This document shows, in pieces, positions 37,100-50,355 of a stretch of 64,000 nucleotides of DNA (its first letter is position 1; every line of letters starts with the position of its first letter). The stretch spans positions 17,709,743 through 17,773,742 of the forward strand of contig JAHRHZ010000035.1 in NCBI GenBank assembly GCA_024137785.1, read 5' to 3'. The notes under the pieces are model-generated. The model worked only from the letters and a program-made list of their open reading frames with translations, searched no databases and had not been told where the DNA came from. This DNA is from Ginglymostoma cirratum. Its lineage: Eukaryota. The position numbers were made by a program, and so were the translations under genes.

Positions 37100-38498
37100 A
37101 AGCTTTCAACAGCCAGGTGAGAATCTCGCTAATAAGTGGGGAGGGTCCTATTTGCACGCATTAATCTCTTTAATACCTAATCTCACCTCATTTATATGCA
37201 GGCTGCTATTGTCTCATGTATTGATGAGGAACTAGACAGTGCTAATGCCTGTCTTGAAGGTCAGAGCAGGAGCATGGTAGCTGCTGCTCACTGGTATCTT
37301 CTCTGGCCTCCAACTTGACCAGCATTCCCCAATATCTCAGGGCATGTTCCATGGGCAGTATCTATCTGCAACCTCTGCCCACAAAGTCAGCATTGGCAAA
37401 GAACCAGCCTCACATATTATCGTGGCATCTCCTGGTGACTTATTTAGTCAACACTTCAATACTTCACTTCATTGACATCATACAGTTGTAAAACAGTTGC
37501 CAGACCACTTTGCGCAGAGGGACAGGCACCCATCTGAAGTAAAGGAACAGGGTGCATTTCAAAGCTCTTTCTAACCACACTCTCACTTCGCAGGTACGAG
37601 CACATTGACAGCAACTCTGCTGTTTCATGCCTTTTAACGCAGACACAAAGCCAGGTAGCTTATCAGGCTTGCCAGCACTGACGAGTCAATGGGATGGTCA
37701 TGCCGATATCCAGTACCACATTACATCAATGGTCACACCTTCAGCATGTGCAAGCAGCTTATGTGACAAAAACACTGCACGTGCTTCAAACATTATCTGA
37801 AATATAGTCCTTAGTCCAGTCGGGGTTGGGGGCACTATTGTCAGCCAGGAGGGCTGGTCCTAAGTGAGTCAGTAAGAAGTGTGGAGGCCATGAAGGGTTA
37901 GTACTTTGGGGAGATGGGACAAGTGACAGTCATCGAGGGAAGATGCTGTGTGCAACAGTGAGAGTTGTGGACCATTATCCTGACGATGTCGGTGTAATAG
38001 CAGAGTTAGAGTGAGTGTGAGGGAGAAGAGGGGCATAGAGGCACTTGCACTTGTATAGTGCTTGGAGAATTACAGTGTGTTCCTCCAGACTATGGACTCT
38101 GCAGTAACCCAGTTGACTCCACCAGCCTGGCAGCGCCTGATACCTCTCTCGGGATCCTAGGAAAAGGGGACAGCCCTTCTCTTCGCCACTGGGTTCACCA
38201 CTGTTGGTGAAGAGGTGTACCAACCTGCGTCCTCTGTCAGCCCCGTCACTTGGACTGGCTCAGTGACACATGAAATGTTCCTCATAATGTTTGAAATGGT
38301 TTGCAGTCGGGGCTTAAATATGGCATCTGCAGCGTGGACGCCCTAAGGGCCATATACCGGTGAGTAAACAGTGTCTTGGAGGTGAGTTCACACTTAATGA
38401 GGTGAGAAGCAGGAGGATTATGTCAGAAGACATATCACGACCTCATGAAGAGTAACTGTCCATGAAACTCCCTGTTTAAAATTTAGAAAATTCAGCCC
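37100..38498. mobile_element. Non-autonomous Harbinger-derived element with Myb remnant
   Basis: Left motif gagaatctcgctaat...cctatttgcac; right-end motifs acttaatgaggtga, ccatgaaactccctg and terminal gaaaattcagccc match 32596-32714; minus-strand KRRAVPFP / ALPGW remnant at ~38100-38190. Confidence 0.65.
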
Positions 38499-39573
38499 TG
38501 AGTGTTATATCTTGCCAAAATATAAGAAAACCCTGGCCATAGAATTTGCAGCATAGGATCATTTTGTTCTATTGTAGATCTTGCTGTCGTTCTTGATTTT
38601 ACATCGTACCCTGAAGACCAAATGATGCCTCTGCGTTATCACATCTGGAAACAATCAGTCATCACATTGTTTTCATTATTATTTCTTCAGCCTAGAGATT
38701 TATTGCAGAAAATAATTAGATCACAAGATGAAAGGGATTTTGCAGAAGAATGCAGATGGACAGTGCATGACATCAGTTTTGTAATGAGTGTGCCTTGTGA
38801 AATAATTATCTGCAGCTGAACTTACTCATATTGTGGCTTATGTTAGTTGACACAAAGGAATCATAATCCACAGACCAAAAACAATCTGTTTATCTCGTCT
38901 TTGTCTTGCGCCCTAATGCCGGGTAAAATTGCTCAGAGAAAAGATCCGAGTTGACTGCTTAGATGCTTGTCATTGAAGTTTGATTTTTCCCTGGCATTTT
39001 GACAGTAAGCACTGCAGCAAAGATTCTTCTCTCCACCTTATTTGTCTGAAAGATATTTTAGGTTTCAACAAGGACTTTATTCTGTGTGTTTTTTATACCC
39101 TCCAGTCAACCAATTCCACAAAGTGATTATTTTTAAAACATACAAAGAAAGAAAAGTACCACGTGACTTTCAATTAACAAAGCAACCAAAGGGATTGGAT
39201 AGCTTGTTCATCTGGAAAAAAGGAAGCTTAAACAGTTTCTTTCTAACATCTGAATTGGGCCAATTCCATAAACTTACTGACAGCATTAGCTCTCATATTT
39301 AATCCTGGCTTTTGTAATATAGTCTGGGAGAGTTTAGGAGCCTGCCTTCTCATCACCTATGTATCCCTGAAAACTTACTTCATTTCATAGCCTACTCTAA
39401 GGTGACATGTTGACCGGGCTGGTACTTTGTAGTGTTATCTCTCTTCTTCCAGGAAACGGAGCAGTGGGACACTTTAGCAAGATAAAGATAATCTGTATTG
39501 TGAAGTAGAAAATATCCATTAGGAATGACACCAATCCATAAGATTTATACAACAGTGGTACAGGAAATAAATT

Positions 39574-40416
39574 GGTTCCAAGATGGCGGCGGAGTAGCAG
39601 GGCTTCCTGTGGGCTCATCCATTCCCATCTGTTTTCTTTCTCTTTTCCTTTTTAATTCTGTTCTTTAGCTATTGTTTTTTCCTTCCGTTTTTCTTTTTGT
39701 TGAGTTAATCATCAGCATCAGCGCTGCAGCAAGGGCAGGCCGTGCGCAGAGTGGTGGCAATGCCGGTGGATGTGGTGCCTAACAGCGATTAGAAGTGGCA
39801 GCAAGGACATACTTGCTCAGGCCCAGTGGCACAGCTGCGGCACAGCGGCTCCAGTGATTGGTGGCAGCAGTGGGCTCTTCAAGATGGTGACACCAGCAAG
39901 GCGACATCTCAGAGGAGGGCGGCCGGACGGGGAATCATGGTGAGGCGGCAGCCTGGCCTAACAGAGAAGCCAGGGATTCCTGTCGTGGTTGTGGTAGGCC
40001 CAGAGTGGGGACTCCTGGTTATCGGCAAGATGGCAGCGGCAGCAGAGCTGGGGACTCCTGGTTTTGGGGTGAGTATGGGTTCAGCATGGGACTCAGCAAC
40101 AGCGAGGCAGGTCCAGTGGCAGAGGGATAGTGCCTAAAGAGTGGCAACTCCTACATTGGTGGGTCCAGCACAGATGGCGACAAGGCAATGGAGGAGGGGT
40201 GGCAGTGCAGGTGTTGTGTCGCTGGTGATCCAGCTCAGGGCTGATGGTGGAGACAGCAGAATGAAGATAGACTCTCTCACAGTTATCTCTTCTTCTCTTT
40301 TTATTCTTAAACCATTCAAAATGGTGCCATGTTGTGATGACAGTTGAAGATTTTAACTGTATTTTACTGTACTACTCACTGTAAAATTCAAGTGACAAAA
40401 AAATCAATCTATTCAA
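39574..40416 (+). mobile_element. Non-autonomous LINE-derived element with YY1-like 5' end and Rex1/L2-like 3' tail
   Basis: Starts ggttccaagatggcggc, pyrimidine tract, GC-rich body, ends ttttaactgt...gtgacaaaaaaatcaatc; same architecture as 43165-43380. Confidence 0.55.
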
Positions 40417-41481
40417 CTTAAATGTCCTTTTTATGTGATGTGCATAACAAATTAATGACTTAAAATGTGCTTATTCTTTATATGATGACTACATAGAGGT
40501 ACTTTAACACATGCTTTATACATTGGTTAGCTGTGTGGATATCATGCAACAGGCATCAGATGTAAAGGAGAATTAAATATCACATAAAACTGATTTTCAG
40601 AAATGTTACCTTTGTATGATATATGTTCTAACAAAGATGCGTTTGCAAATCCTTTGGATAAATATCATATTATAGTAAGTAACCACAAGAAAGTGAAAGG
40701 AGAATTAATTTTAACCTTAATATTCTACAAGTAGTTAACATTTCACTGACATTTACCTGGATTTGTATGTAACAATACCATTGCTAGACAAATGAGGACC
40801 AAAATTATGACTTAGTACATTCATGCATCAATACGGACAGAATGCCTCCTCCTTGAACTAGCTAGAACAAAATTATAAACTCTAAAGAACACATTAATTA
40901 TTTTGTTATGAAGTGACTGCCAGCTACACTATGTTCTGTTGCATAAATATTTTTGACTGTAGCCACAGCATTTGAGAGAATTCATTCATTTTCCTTTGTG
41001 TCAGCATCTTTGCTTGAGATGTCATTCTTTATTTAGCATATTTTGTAATGGTTGTAGCTATGTAAAGGACTTGTTCTTCCCATGGTGCATTATTGCAAAT
41101 GCACATAAAGCTAACAATATTACACCTTGTAAATATGATTTTTTAAATTACACTTCCTTTTATCTAAAAATAGACAGCAAAGAACTAATGAAGATGTAAC
41201 TCAAGGATATCAAAATGCATGAGCATGTGAAATGGAAGAGCAAAATGTTAACAAGTTTTATCAACAGATCTGTAAGGATTCTCAGCTGTAGAAGGGTGTA
41301 AGGAATGTGCAGCAATGAACCGGTTTATATCAGCTTATTCTCATTTCATCTCATTATTTGTAAGCCTTTCCCAGATAAAATTTTAAATGTTACAGTTTCT
41401 TGCGAAGATAGGTAGAGTAATTGTGCGTTGGAAGGCGGGACATTAGAATTTGGTGTTTTTAAAATATTGATGTTTGTAAAA

Positions 41482-42421
41482 TGCTATGGCGAAAGAAGTG
41501 TATAATCCCCTTAAAAGATGATGTGCCTTTTTCGTATAAGCTCAGAGATTTGAAAAGGATGTCTGAGGGTTTGCAGGTGTACAGAGCACTTGAGTTGAAA
41601 CATTTGTATCAAAAGGCTATCCTGTTAGCAGGCAAGAAGCAGTTTCGTTTTGGTAGCAAGGCAACTAGTTTGAATATCAGCCAATTAATTTAAGCCAGGC
41701 ACATAGAGACTAAAAACCAATTAAATTTCAGTGTGATGGTTTTGACAACATAGGACCAATGTTATTGTAAGAAATTGATATGTCATCAAGGGTATAAAAA
41801 AAAGGGCATTTCAAAATTCATGTGAGATCAATTGCTATCTGATAGAGTTAATAACCATCAGCTCTAAAGAGAAAATCACTGGCTTTCACTGAATTCTCCG
41901 AGCTCTGAGTAACCATCATCTAACTAAAGGTACCATGGCACTCTTAGCTAATACTCCTGACACAAGAATTCGACGGAGAAAGGCGCTTCTGACTGAAGAT
42001 TAACGAAGATAGCGTAGAACATTCCGGAAGATGTATCTTGGCTGTAATTTCGAGAGACTAAGTTTTAATTTTTTTATTATTTCAGGTAATATAAGTTGGG
42101 CTTATATTTATTGGAACAGCATAGCTTTAGAATTTTGTTTTATTTGGGAATAGTTAGTAGTTAAGGGGGAATTGTTTGGTTTGTTACCAGTTTGGTTAAT
42201 CTGTTCACTGTTAGGATTAGATAAATATATTGTTATTTGTTGATTATAGACTGAATGAAAGGAGTCCATTTCATTTAACCACTCATTTATAACAGCTTGA
42301 GGATGAGAGGCAGGTTATTACCACTTTTCACACTTCTTTTAGCAGATTAAAGGATGAAGGGAGCCTTTCTTGGTTTTTTAGTTTTAGTTATCAGAGAGGG
42401 GTTGACCTCCACTTTATAACA
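41482..42421 (+). mobile_element. Probable solo LTR
   Basis: TG...CA ends (tgctat / ataaca), three CCAAT boxes (41681, 41717, 41756) upstream of TATAAA (41793), T-rich 3' part; no clear TSD. Confidence 0.5.
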
Positions 42422-43164
42422 GGTTAGACGGTACGACAAAAATGAGTTCTCATCTATTCTCATGAGTTGTTAGATGACATGTTCGTGGCTGTACAAAGAT
42501 TTGCTTGTCAAATAAAGTAGATTCATCTGAATTTTTGATTGAAAAAGAAATTAATGGTAAAGCACAGGGGTACCTATCAAGATTAGCCATCAGCTCTGAA
42601 ACTAATTAATGGAAAAAGGACAAATGAAAATCTTTCCAGGAAAAGGTACCAGATGTTTATAACCATTCATTGAGTCTGAAATAATTAAATCTTTTAAAGT
42701 CCTCGTAAGATCTTTGCCATTATTAATTGAAATATATTCAGTTTTAAGTAAAATTATCCAACTGACATATGAATTACCTTTTGGTAGCAATTATACTCAA
42801 CCAAAACTGTCTCACTTATAATTTTTTAAAGGAGGTGAGTTTAGGCTTAATCTTTCTAGAGATGACAACCTTTTGTCACCTTTCACTGTTGATAATGGTG
42901 TTAGTGTATGAGGAGGCCTTTGGCTCCAGGGTTAGCACCCTGCCTCTGAGTAAGAAGCTCTGGTTTCAAGTTCCACTTTAGGCTTATATAGTTAAGAAAG
43001 GTGCATTGGTAACCTGGTTAAACAAGTTGAGTACCACTTTTAAATCGTTCTAATGTACACCGATATCAGACTATAGGAGTCTAAGAGATTCCTTGACTGA
43101 TATGTGATGGAAACGAATAGCAGCTTTGACCATCACTGCCCATGCAACATGCATGTTAAAGAAA

Positions 43165-43380
43165 TTCCAAGATGGTGCTAACACTGGGTGACTCTTTGCG
43201 AGCTCTCTACAGCAGATCTAATTCTCACTTTTCTTATTACCATTCCACACTTTTCCTTGCTCTAAGCACCCTGTGATCTGTATGTCCTTGTTTGCTGTGA
43301 TCTGCCTGCACTGTGCACAAAACAAAGTTTTGCACTGCACTTAGGTACATGTGATTACAATAAATCAAATTAAAAAAAAT
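43165..43380 (+). mobile_element. Short non-autonomous element with Rex1/L2-like tail
   Basis: ttccaagatgg start; tail aacaaagttttgcactgcacttaggtacatgtgattacaataaatcaaat. Confidence 0.6.
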
Positions 43381-44369
43381 TACTACCGCAACTCATCCTC
43401 CTTCAAGCTGATTGGCTCAGTTTGAATCAAATTGATGCCAACAGCACAGGACTTCACCCCCATCCTTTTTGGTTATTATTCAGGATCTGACTTCTTTTCC
43501 TCTTCACGGTGAAAATCAGGGCCCTGTGGGTCACACTAGCCTTCAAGCAGCGAACTTAAGAAGAAGAATGATAGATTACAAGAAAGGGGATCTTTCTCGG
43601 GCTGGGTGAAGAATAGTTGTTTCATAAAAATATGCGTCTATTTTGCTTGTTGAACAAGGAGAGGAAATGTCAAACAAAGAAATGTGTAAAATATCAATGA
43701 AACTACCAACCAGTGCAACTGGTTTTTAGTATGTATTGGACAACGAGGAATCAAAAGGGCAATTCAAAAGACGTTAGCAGAAACCATTTGTTGCAATGGA
43801 AATTCAGATATAACACAAATCATTTCCACACACAACAGACTATTGGGCATACACAAAGTCAGAAAGACCATTTGCTTTTTGAGCCTATTTTGATCAGAAA
43901 TACCAAAGGTGTAAAATGAAGAAAAATTCTTCATACCACAGTGCAAAGAATTGATTAGGCATCTCTTCAGCCAACGAATCTAATAAATATTGGATTAGCC
44001 ATTAGCAGTTAGCCAGTGACAAAACTGGAAAAAGACATCTTCTGACATTCAGCAATTAGAAAGTGAAAAGTTCCAGGATCCTGTGAAGCAATCATTAAGC
44101 ATTTAAAATGAATAGCATCGCCAACAGTTGTATTTTCAGCTGCTATGTGTCAAAGATTAAATTAGATATATTCCGTGCTTTCCCTGCTTGTTCCCAAAGA
44201 ATGTTTTCAATAATGATGGACATAAACATAATTAACATGACATTCTGTTATTTGCATACATTGCAGTTCAAGAGATTTAATATTGCCTTAAAGGAACAAG
44301 TTAAAGTGTTAGAAGAATTAATCAATGTATTTACGAAAAGTTACGATAACTCTTCAAAGTAAGCAACTC

Positions 44370-44680
44370 AATGAGGCTCCTTCAATATTATGTTCCAAAC
44401 CATGACCTGTACCACCTGTGGGCAGTCAGCACATAAGAACACCACCATCTACAAAGTTCCTGCAGGACAGCCACCATCTGGACTTGGGCCTATATCACCA
44501 TTCCTGCACAGTCACTGGGTCAAATTCCTGAAACTCCCTCCCTACGAGCACTGTGAATGTGTGCCTCTATCACTTGGAGCACAGCAGTTTAAGAAGGCAG
44601 CTCATTAGTGCCTTCTCAAGAGCAATTAGATAAGCAATAAATGCTGACCCAGCCAGTGATGCCCACATCCCACAAAATAG
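44370..44680 (+). mobile_element. 3' end of CR1/L2-type LINE
   Basis: gtcactgggtcaaattcctg...cagtttaagaaggcagctca...caataaatgctgacccagccagtgatgcccacatccca matches 57135-57540. Confidence 0.8.
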
Positions 44681-45821
44681 TAAATAAATAAATAATGATT
44701 GGAATGAATATTGGACCAAACAAGAATTCACATACTCAATCCCCTGATTATTTCAATTCACATTCAGGATTCAACATGGCCCAATGTCAGCTGACTGGTT
44801 ATTTAGTGTAAATACATTAGGTTCACGAGTTTCTTTATTTAAAATGCAATCATCTGTGAATTAGGCTGTCATTTTGTGCTCCACTGAATTTATATTTGAT
44901 GTCACAGTAAAGTATATTGCTTTCTATTGTTAGTTTAGCAACATACAGATTGTGAATAAAATGTAGCTTCCAGCCAAAAACAACAAAATCCAAGTAACCA
45001 TTTACCAGCAATGCTTCTTAATGGAGTCAACATCCCTTTTTCAATTTTTACTTTTGAACTTGTACTATTGGATGGTGTGTACTTTCTAAAAACACAGCAG
45101 TCACTGTCATACTATACCATTACAGTTCATCGGCAGGTATATAACATGCCCAGCCTTGTTTGCTGCTACTGAACCAATCAACCAAAGCTGAAATTACATT
45201 GCAGCAGACAAAGTGGAATTGATTGAAACCATCATGTTATCAAGAGAGCACAGCTCCCCTTCTAGCTCTACAGAAAAGCTTTTTGCCTTAGACTTTTGCC
45301 TTAAATTTTGTAAAACATACATTTTGTTGGAAGCCACAGGGATGACAGAAGAATTTTGTACAGAACAGGTCAATTCCTGCTCTTTGTCATCATTAAAAAT
45401 GTCCAGTAAACTCTGTTACCAGTCACTATTAAACCTATAGTTAATGTCATGAAGTGCATTTTTTTGTTTCACATGGCTGCCTCGGAAGCCTAACAGCTCG
45501 CCCCACTCATTTAGCATTGGGACTAACATCTGTAGAGTTTGGATTTGGGTCAGCCCACTGTTACATTTGCTAACATTGAACCTTTTAGTAAGCATCACAC
45601 ATTCAAATTATGGCCACCTTATGCTTTATTTAGTTCAGGATATCATAGAGCATTAGATTTACAGGTTGTAGATGGCTGAAAGGTTGTCATACTTGTGACT
45701 TAAAAAGCATTTTAATGCAGTTTACGCAATGTCAGGACACATGAAAGGAGAGTGTTTGAAACTATAGTGCAGATTACCATCAAACATTCATCAATCACAT
45801 CTCAGTCCAGCATTAATTCTA

Positions 45822-46165
45822 TGGGGAAGTGGTGATGTTGTTCTAATGTTACTAGACTGGTATGCAGAAATCCAGGCTAATATTCTGTAGATATGAGTTT
45901 GAAACTCTACGAAGCAGATGGTGAAATTTGAATTTTAAAAATCTGGAATCAAAACCATGTAACCAGTGTCAATCATTACACAAGCCAATTTGGTTCAGTA
46001 ATGCTCTTTACAGAAGTAAATCTGCCATCCTTACCTAGTCCAGCCCATATGTAACTCCAGGCCCATGGCAATGTGATTGACTATCAACTGCCTTCTGGGC
46101 AGTTAGAGATGGACAGTAAATACCAGCCTAGCCAGTGTCATTCATGCCCCATAAATGAATAAATA
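45822..46165 (+). mobile_element. tRNA-derived SINE (same family as 3778)
   Basis: Collinear with 3778-4110 and 57818-58140, ending ccataaatgaataaa. Confidence 0.8.
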
Positions 46166-47453
46166 AAATTACAGGAAGCTGAACTGTGATAAGCATAAGT
46201 GTGGACATTATAATGATGACAGAGATATTTTAAAGCACTGAGAACAAAGTGTTATACAATTAAACATGAATGTCATGTCTGCGTTGCTCTGAGATTTTTT
46301 AAAGGTATAACCAACCAGCAAATATACAACATAAATAACAATTACCTGTAGTGTTATGAAGCATAACAATATATTACTGTTGGTTGATAACTTGAGTTCT
46401 ATGGAGAAGGAAAAATGGAATATAGTTTTCACAGCCCATTTTATAAAAGTCAGAAAGTTAGTTTGAACATTGAGTTCGAACAGTTTGTACAAGAAATGAC
46501 GTGAGTAATTGCTAAGGCATTTTGAGAGAAGTGTATTTTAGATGTATTCTAATATTCTATACTGATTGTTAGATGATGTATGGTAGGAAGAGACTTGTGT
46601 GCAGCACAGACACCTACATTAGACAGTTGGGCATAAATTCTATGTAATTAATCACTAGACTCTGGCACAACTAGTATCGATGATTGTTCCACTGACATTC
46701 AATTACGTTGATGCATTAGTTTCCAAAAAAGTCCTGAGGTAGCGAATATCTTGAGATTACTTTGATGTAATTTGTTAAAATATCTGTCTATTATTGAATG
46801 GAAGTAAAGTCTTTTTGGATTTAGATCGACATCTGATGAGTCCTGAAGGGAAAAAACATACTGCATTCATTAATTGAGGTCAATCAGCAATTTCTCAACA
46901 CAGATCAACAGGACCAAAGCAAAGCTTTAGAGTGAACACTTTTTTTAACATCCATTAAGTGAACATGTTTGTAATAATGAGAGATATCTGAAAAAGTATT
47001 CAACACAGATGTGTTAAAAAGGCAGGTAACCTCAAATTATTATTTGTACTGACATAACATTTACTTTGATGTAAATATTGCAATTATAACTTCTAAATCG
47101 TAAAACTAATTACACTTTATTGTCATGAAATCATCGTATTGACTTATACATTCAAGTAAATTCTCAGGAAAATGATGCCCAGCACAATTGTAAATACTTT
47201 CATAATTGAGTTGTTATTATTTATCCAAAGATTGCACTGAAGTTTCTGTTAACTTGGTTCTGTTCAGTCTCTTCATAGCCTCACCTTGTCCTTTTTCAAT
47301 ATTCTTTAAAACAATAAACAAGGACTCTGCATTTCTCCTAATCTGGCTCTTGTCTATCCCCATTCCATTCATCTCTCGCCCCTGTTCTCTGGAATTTCCA
47401 CCCTAATCAGCTCCACCTCCCTCTCTTCCTTTTAAGAACTTCTTTCACCTCAG

Positions 47454-47922
47454 GTCAGAAGTCACACGACACCGGGTTACAGCCCAACAAGTTTATTTGA
47501 AATCACAAACTTTTGAAGCACTGCTCCATCATCAGGTGAAGTGAAGAGAAGCACACAGGCACAGTTTTTATAGGCAGAGAGATCAAAAGATTGTACAAAT
47601 GGTGTGAGTGGAGTGTCGACAGGCTGAATAACAAGACTCTACAGGTGATTAAAAGTGTCAGACTGTGTGAGTAAATTTGAGTAATTTGATTGCCTGCAGA
47701 AACTTGTTATTCAGCCTATCGACGCCGCACTCACACCATTTGTACAAATTTTTGATCTCTCTGGCTATAAATTCTGTGCTTGTGTGCTTCTCTTCACTTC
47801 ACCTGAAGAAGGAGCAGTGCTCCAAAAGCTTCTGATTTCAAACAAACCTGCTGCACTATAACCTGGCATCATGTGACTTCTGATCTTATCTGCCCCAGTC
47901 CAACACCAGGACCTCCACATCA
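47454..47922. mobile_element. Long palindromic Penelope-derived element (second subfamily)
   Basis: ~200-bp inverted arms (~47454-47652 / ~47686-47885), hammerhead-like core ctgaagaaggagcagtgctccaaaagc at 47803, unpaired tail, TSD ttcacct(c/t)ag at 47444-47453 and 47923-47932. Confidence 0.85.
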
Positions 47923-49234
47923 TTCACCTTAGTTCAAGTGGAAGCATGAAAAGCAACATTAACTATCAATAACCAATGTGCCCATGCACTTTGGTCACTC
48001 ACTGTGAATGGAAGTTATTTCAAAACAGCATAAACGCAGTGAGCAATGCTTCACAAGATGCTCCACAGCCGCACACTGGCCTACCCCTCTTCCATTGATG
48101 AAGCAAATATTTGTAATGCCCACTTGAACTTCTAGTGCTGTTTGCTGGGATCCATTCTTATGTGGCATTTTGAAGTCAAGTGTTTGGACTATAAGATCCA
48201 TGGTCAGCTATCAATCCGCTAATTTCCCAGTATTCCAACTCATTTCAAGATAGGGATTCTTGAGAATTTCTTTCCATCTTGAGATGAGAATTCTGAGGTT
48301 TTGAGAGATTCTGCTGCAAGCCCAGCTGGGCTACTAGCCCTACACTTGTATCTTGTGAGCTTCAAGTGATCTTGATCCAAGAGTAAATCTGCACCCTTCA
48401 GGGTCGGGATTATTCCTTTTCCTCTGAGAAGATGTGATGTGATGTGTGAAGCAGTAATGAGATGTAAGTGAGGTCAGCCAGCTTGGCTGTTGGCATTGGC
48501 TCCAATAGTTCGCTTAATGCTAATGTGGTGTGAATGTGCAATTGCTGCCTGCATGCAGGCATCGCTGAGCAAGCAAGGGCATAGATTGCTGTCCACTGGG
48601 TGCTGACATACGTCCCCCAGTCAGACCAGCTAAGACATGAATAATCCTTGATTTAACTTGGCTGCAATTTCTATCAGATATTGATAGTGTATGAAACTGG
48701 GGCTTGAATCTTATGTTTTTCTTTACAAAGTTCAAGTTATACAAGTTTCTTTTTGAAGCATTTTTACCACAAAGCCTAGCCTACTTGGCACTTAAAAAAG
48801 TGTTTAACATCTCTATCAAGTCTCCCTTCAACATTCTCTGCCCCAAATGAAGCAAGCTGAGCTTATCCAGCCTCTTTTCGGTGTACAATTGAGATTGGCT
48901 GTCTGTGTCTCTGCATGCATTCTGTCTTTCTTTCATATTCTTGTACTTTGGTCTGTTTCTGCCAGAAATAGTGACATCTTAACAAAACCCCACAAGCTAA
49001 CACTGCAATGGCTTGATTTTATGTTTCAATAAGGACCAGGAGCCGAAGTGTTTAAGAAAAGCAGGAACATTATGAAGGAAATGTTCACTCTGGAGGCAGC
49101 AAAGATAGACTAAGCTGTTTCCCACCCATAGTGGCCAAAGATGTCATCTTGATGTCATATGTTCAGACTTTTACAGTGACAGTCCACCATACTTACCAAA
49201 TACACAACACTTGGATTCTTCACCTCTCAAAGCA

Positions 49235-50355
49235 TAGCTGGTCAGCATTTATTGCCCTTCCCTAGTTGTCCTTGAGAAGGTGGTGATGAGCTTCTTTCTT
49301 GAACCACTGCATTCCTCCTGTTGTGGGTTGACCCACAATACTATTAGGGAGGGAATTCCAGGATTTTGACCCAGCAACAATGAAGGAATGGTGATATATT
49401 TCCAAGTTAGGATGGTGAATGGCATAGAGGGGAATTTGAAGATGGTGGTGTTCACATGTATCTGTTGCCCTTGGCCTTCTAGATGGAAGTGGTCATGGGT
49501 TTGGAATGTGCTGTCTGAGGATCTTTGGAGAATCTCTGCAGTGCATCTTGTAGATAGTACACACTGCTGCTACTGAGCATCGGTGGTGGATGGAGTGGAT
49601 GCTTGTGAATGTAGTGTCAATCAAGCGGGCTGTTTTGTCCTGGATGGTGTCAAGCTTCCTGAGTGTTGTTGGAGCTGCATCCATCCAGGTAAGTGGAGAG
49701 TATTCCATCACACTCCTGATTTGTGCCTTGTGGATGATGGATAGGCTTTGGAGAGTTAGGAGGTGTGTTACTAACTACAGTATTCCTAGCCCATGGATTG
49801 ATCTTGTAGCCACTGTGTTTATGTGGTCCAGTTGAGTTCCTGATCAATGGTAACCCCCAGGATATTGATTGTGGGGGATTCAGTGATGATCATGCCATTA
49901 AATATCAAGGGGTGGTGATTATATTGTATCTTATTGGTGATGGTCAAAGCCTAGCATTTGTGTGGCATGGATGTTTCTTGCCATTTGTCATCTTAGGTCT
50001 GGATATTGTCCAGATCTTGTTGTATTTGAACATGGACTTCTTCAATATCTGCGGAGGAGTGAATGGTGCTGAACATTGTGCAATCATCAGCAAACTTGCC
50101 TACTTCTGAGCTTCTGATTGAGGGAAGATCATTGATGAAGCAGCTGAAGATGGTTGGGCCAAGGAACTCCTGCAGAGATGCTCTGGAGCTGAGATAACTG
50201 ACCAACGATCATGACCATCTTCCTATGCTTCAGGTATGACTCCGACCAGTGGAGAGTTTGCACCTGATTCCCATTGATTCCAGTTTTGCTGTGGCTCCTT
50301 GATGCTACACGTGGTCAAATGCAACCTTGATGTCAAGGGCTGTCACTGTCACCAC
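49235..50355 (-). mobile_element. 5'-truncated CR1/L2-superclade LINE with RT remnant
   Basis: Minus-strand ORF pieces VTALDIKVAFDHV, LGPTIFSCFINDLPS...GKFADDCTMF, MEYSPLTWMDAAPTTLRKLDTIQDK; frameshifted. Confidence 0.92.

Noticed and set aside
39574-39620. Possible host gene first exon (aagATGgcggcggag)
   Set aside because: The frame stops after four codons (ATG GCG GCG GAG TAG), no splice donor follows, upstream is AT-rich, and the block ends in a LINE-like tail
46832-46860. ctgatgagtcctgaagggaaaaaac resembling a canonical hammerhead core
   Set aside because: Lacks the C-GAAA closing of stem II and has no evident stems I/III or family tail; likely chance
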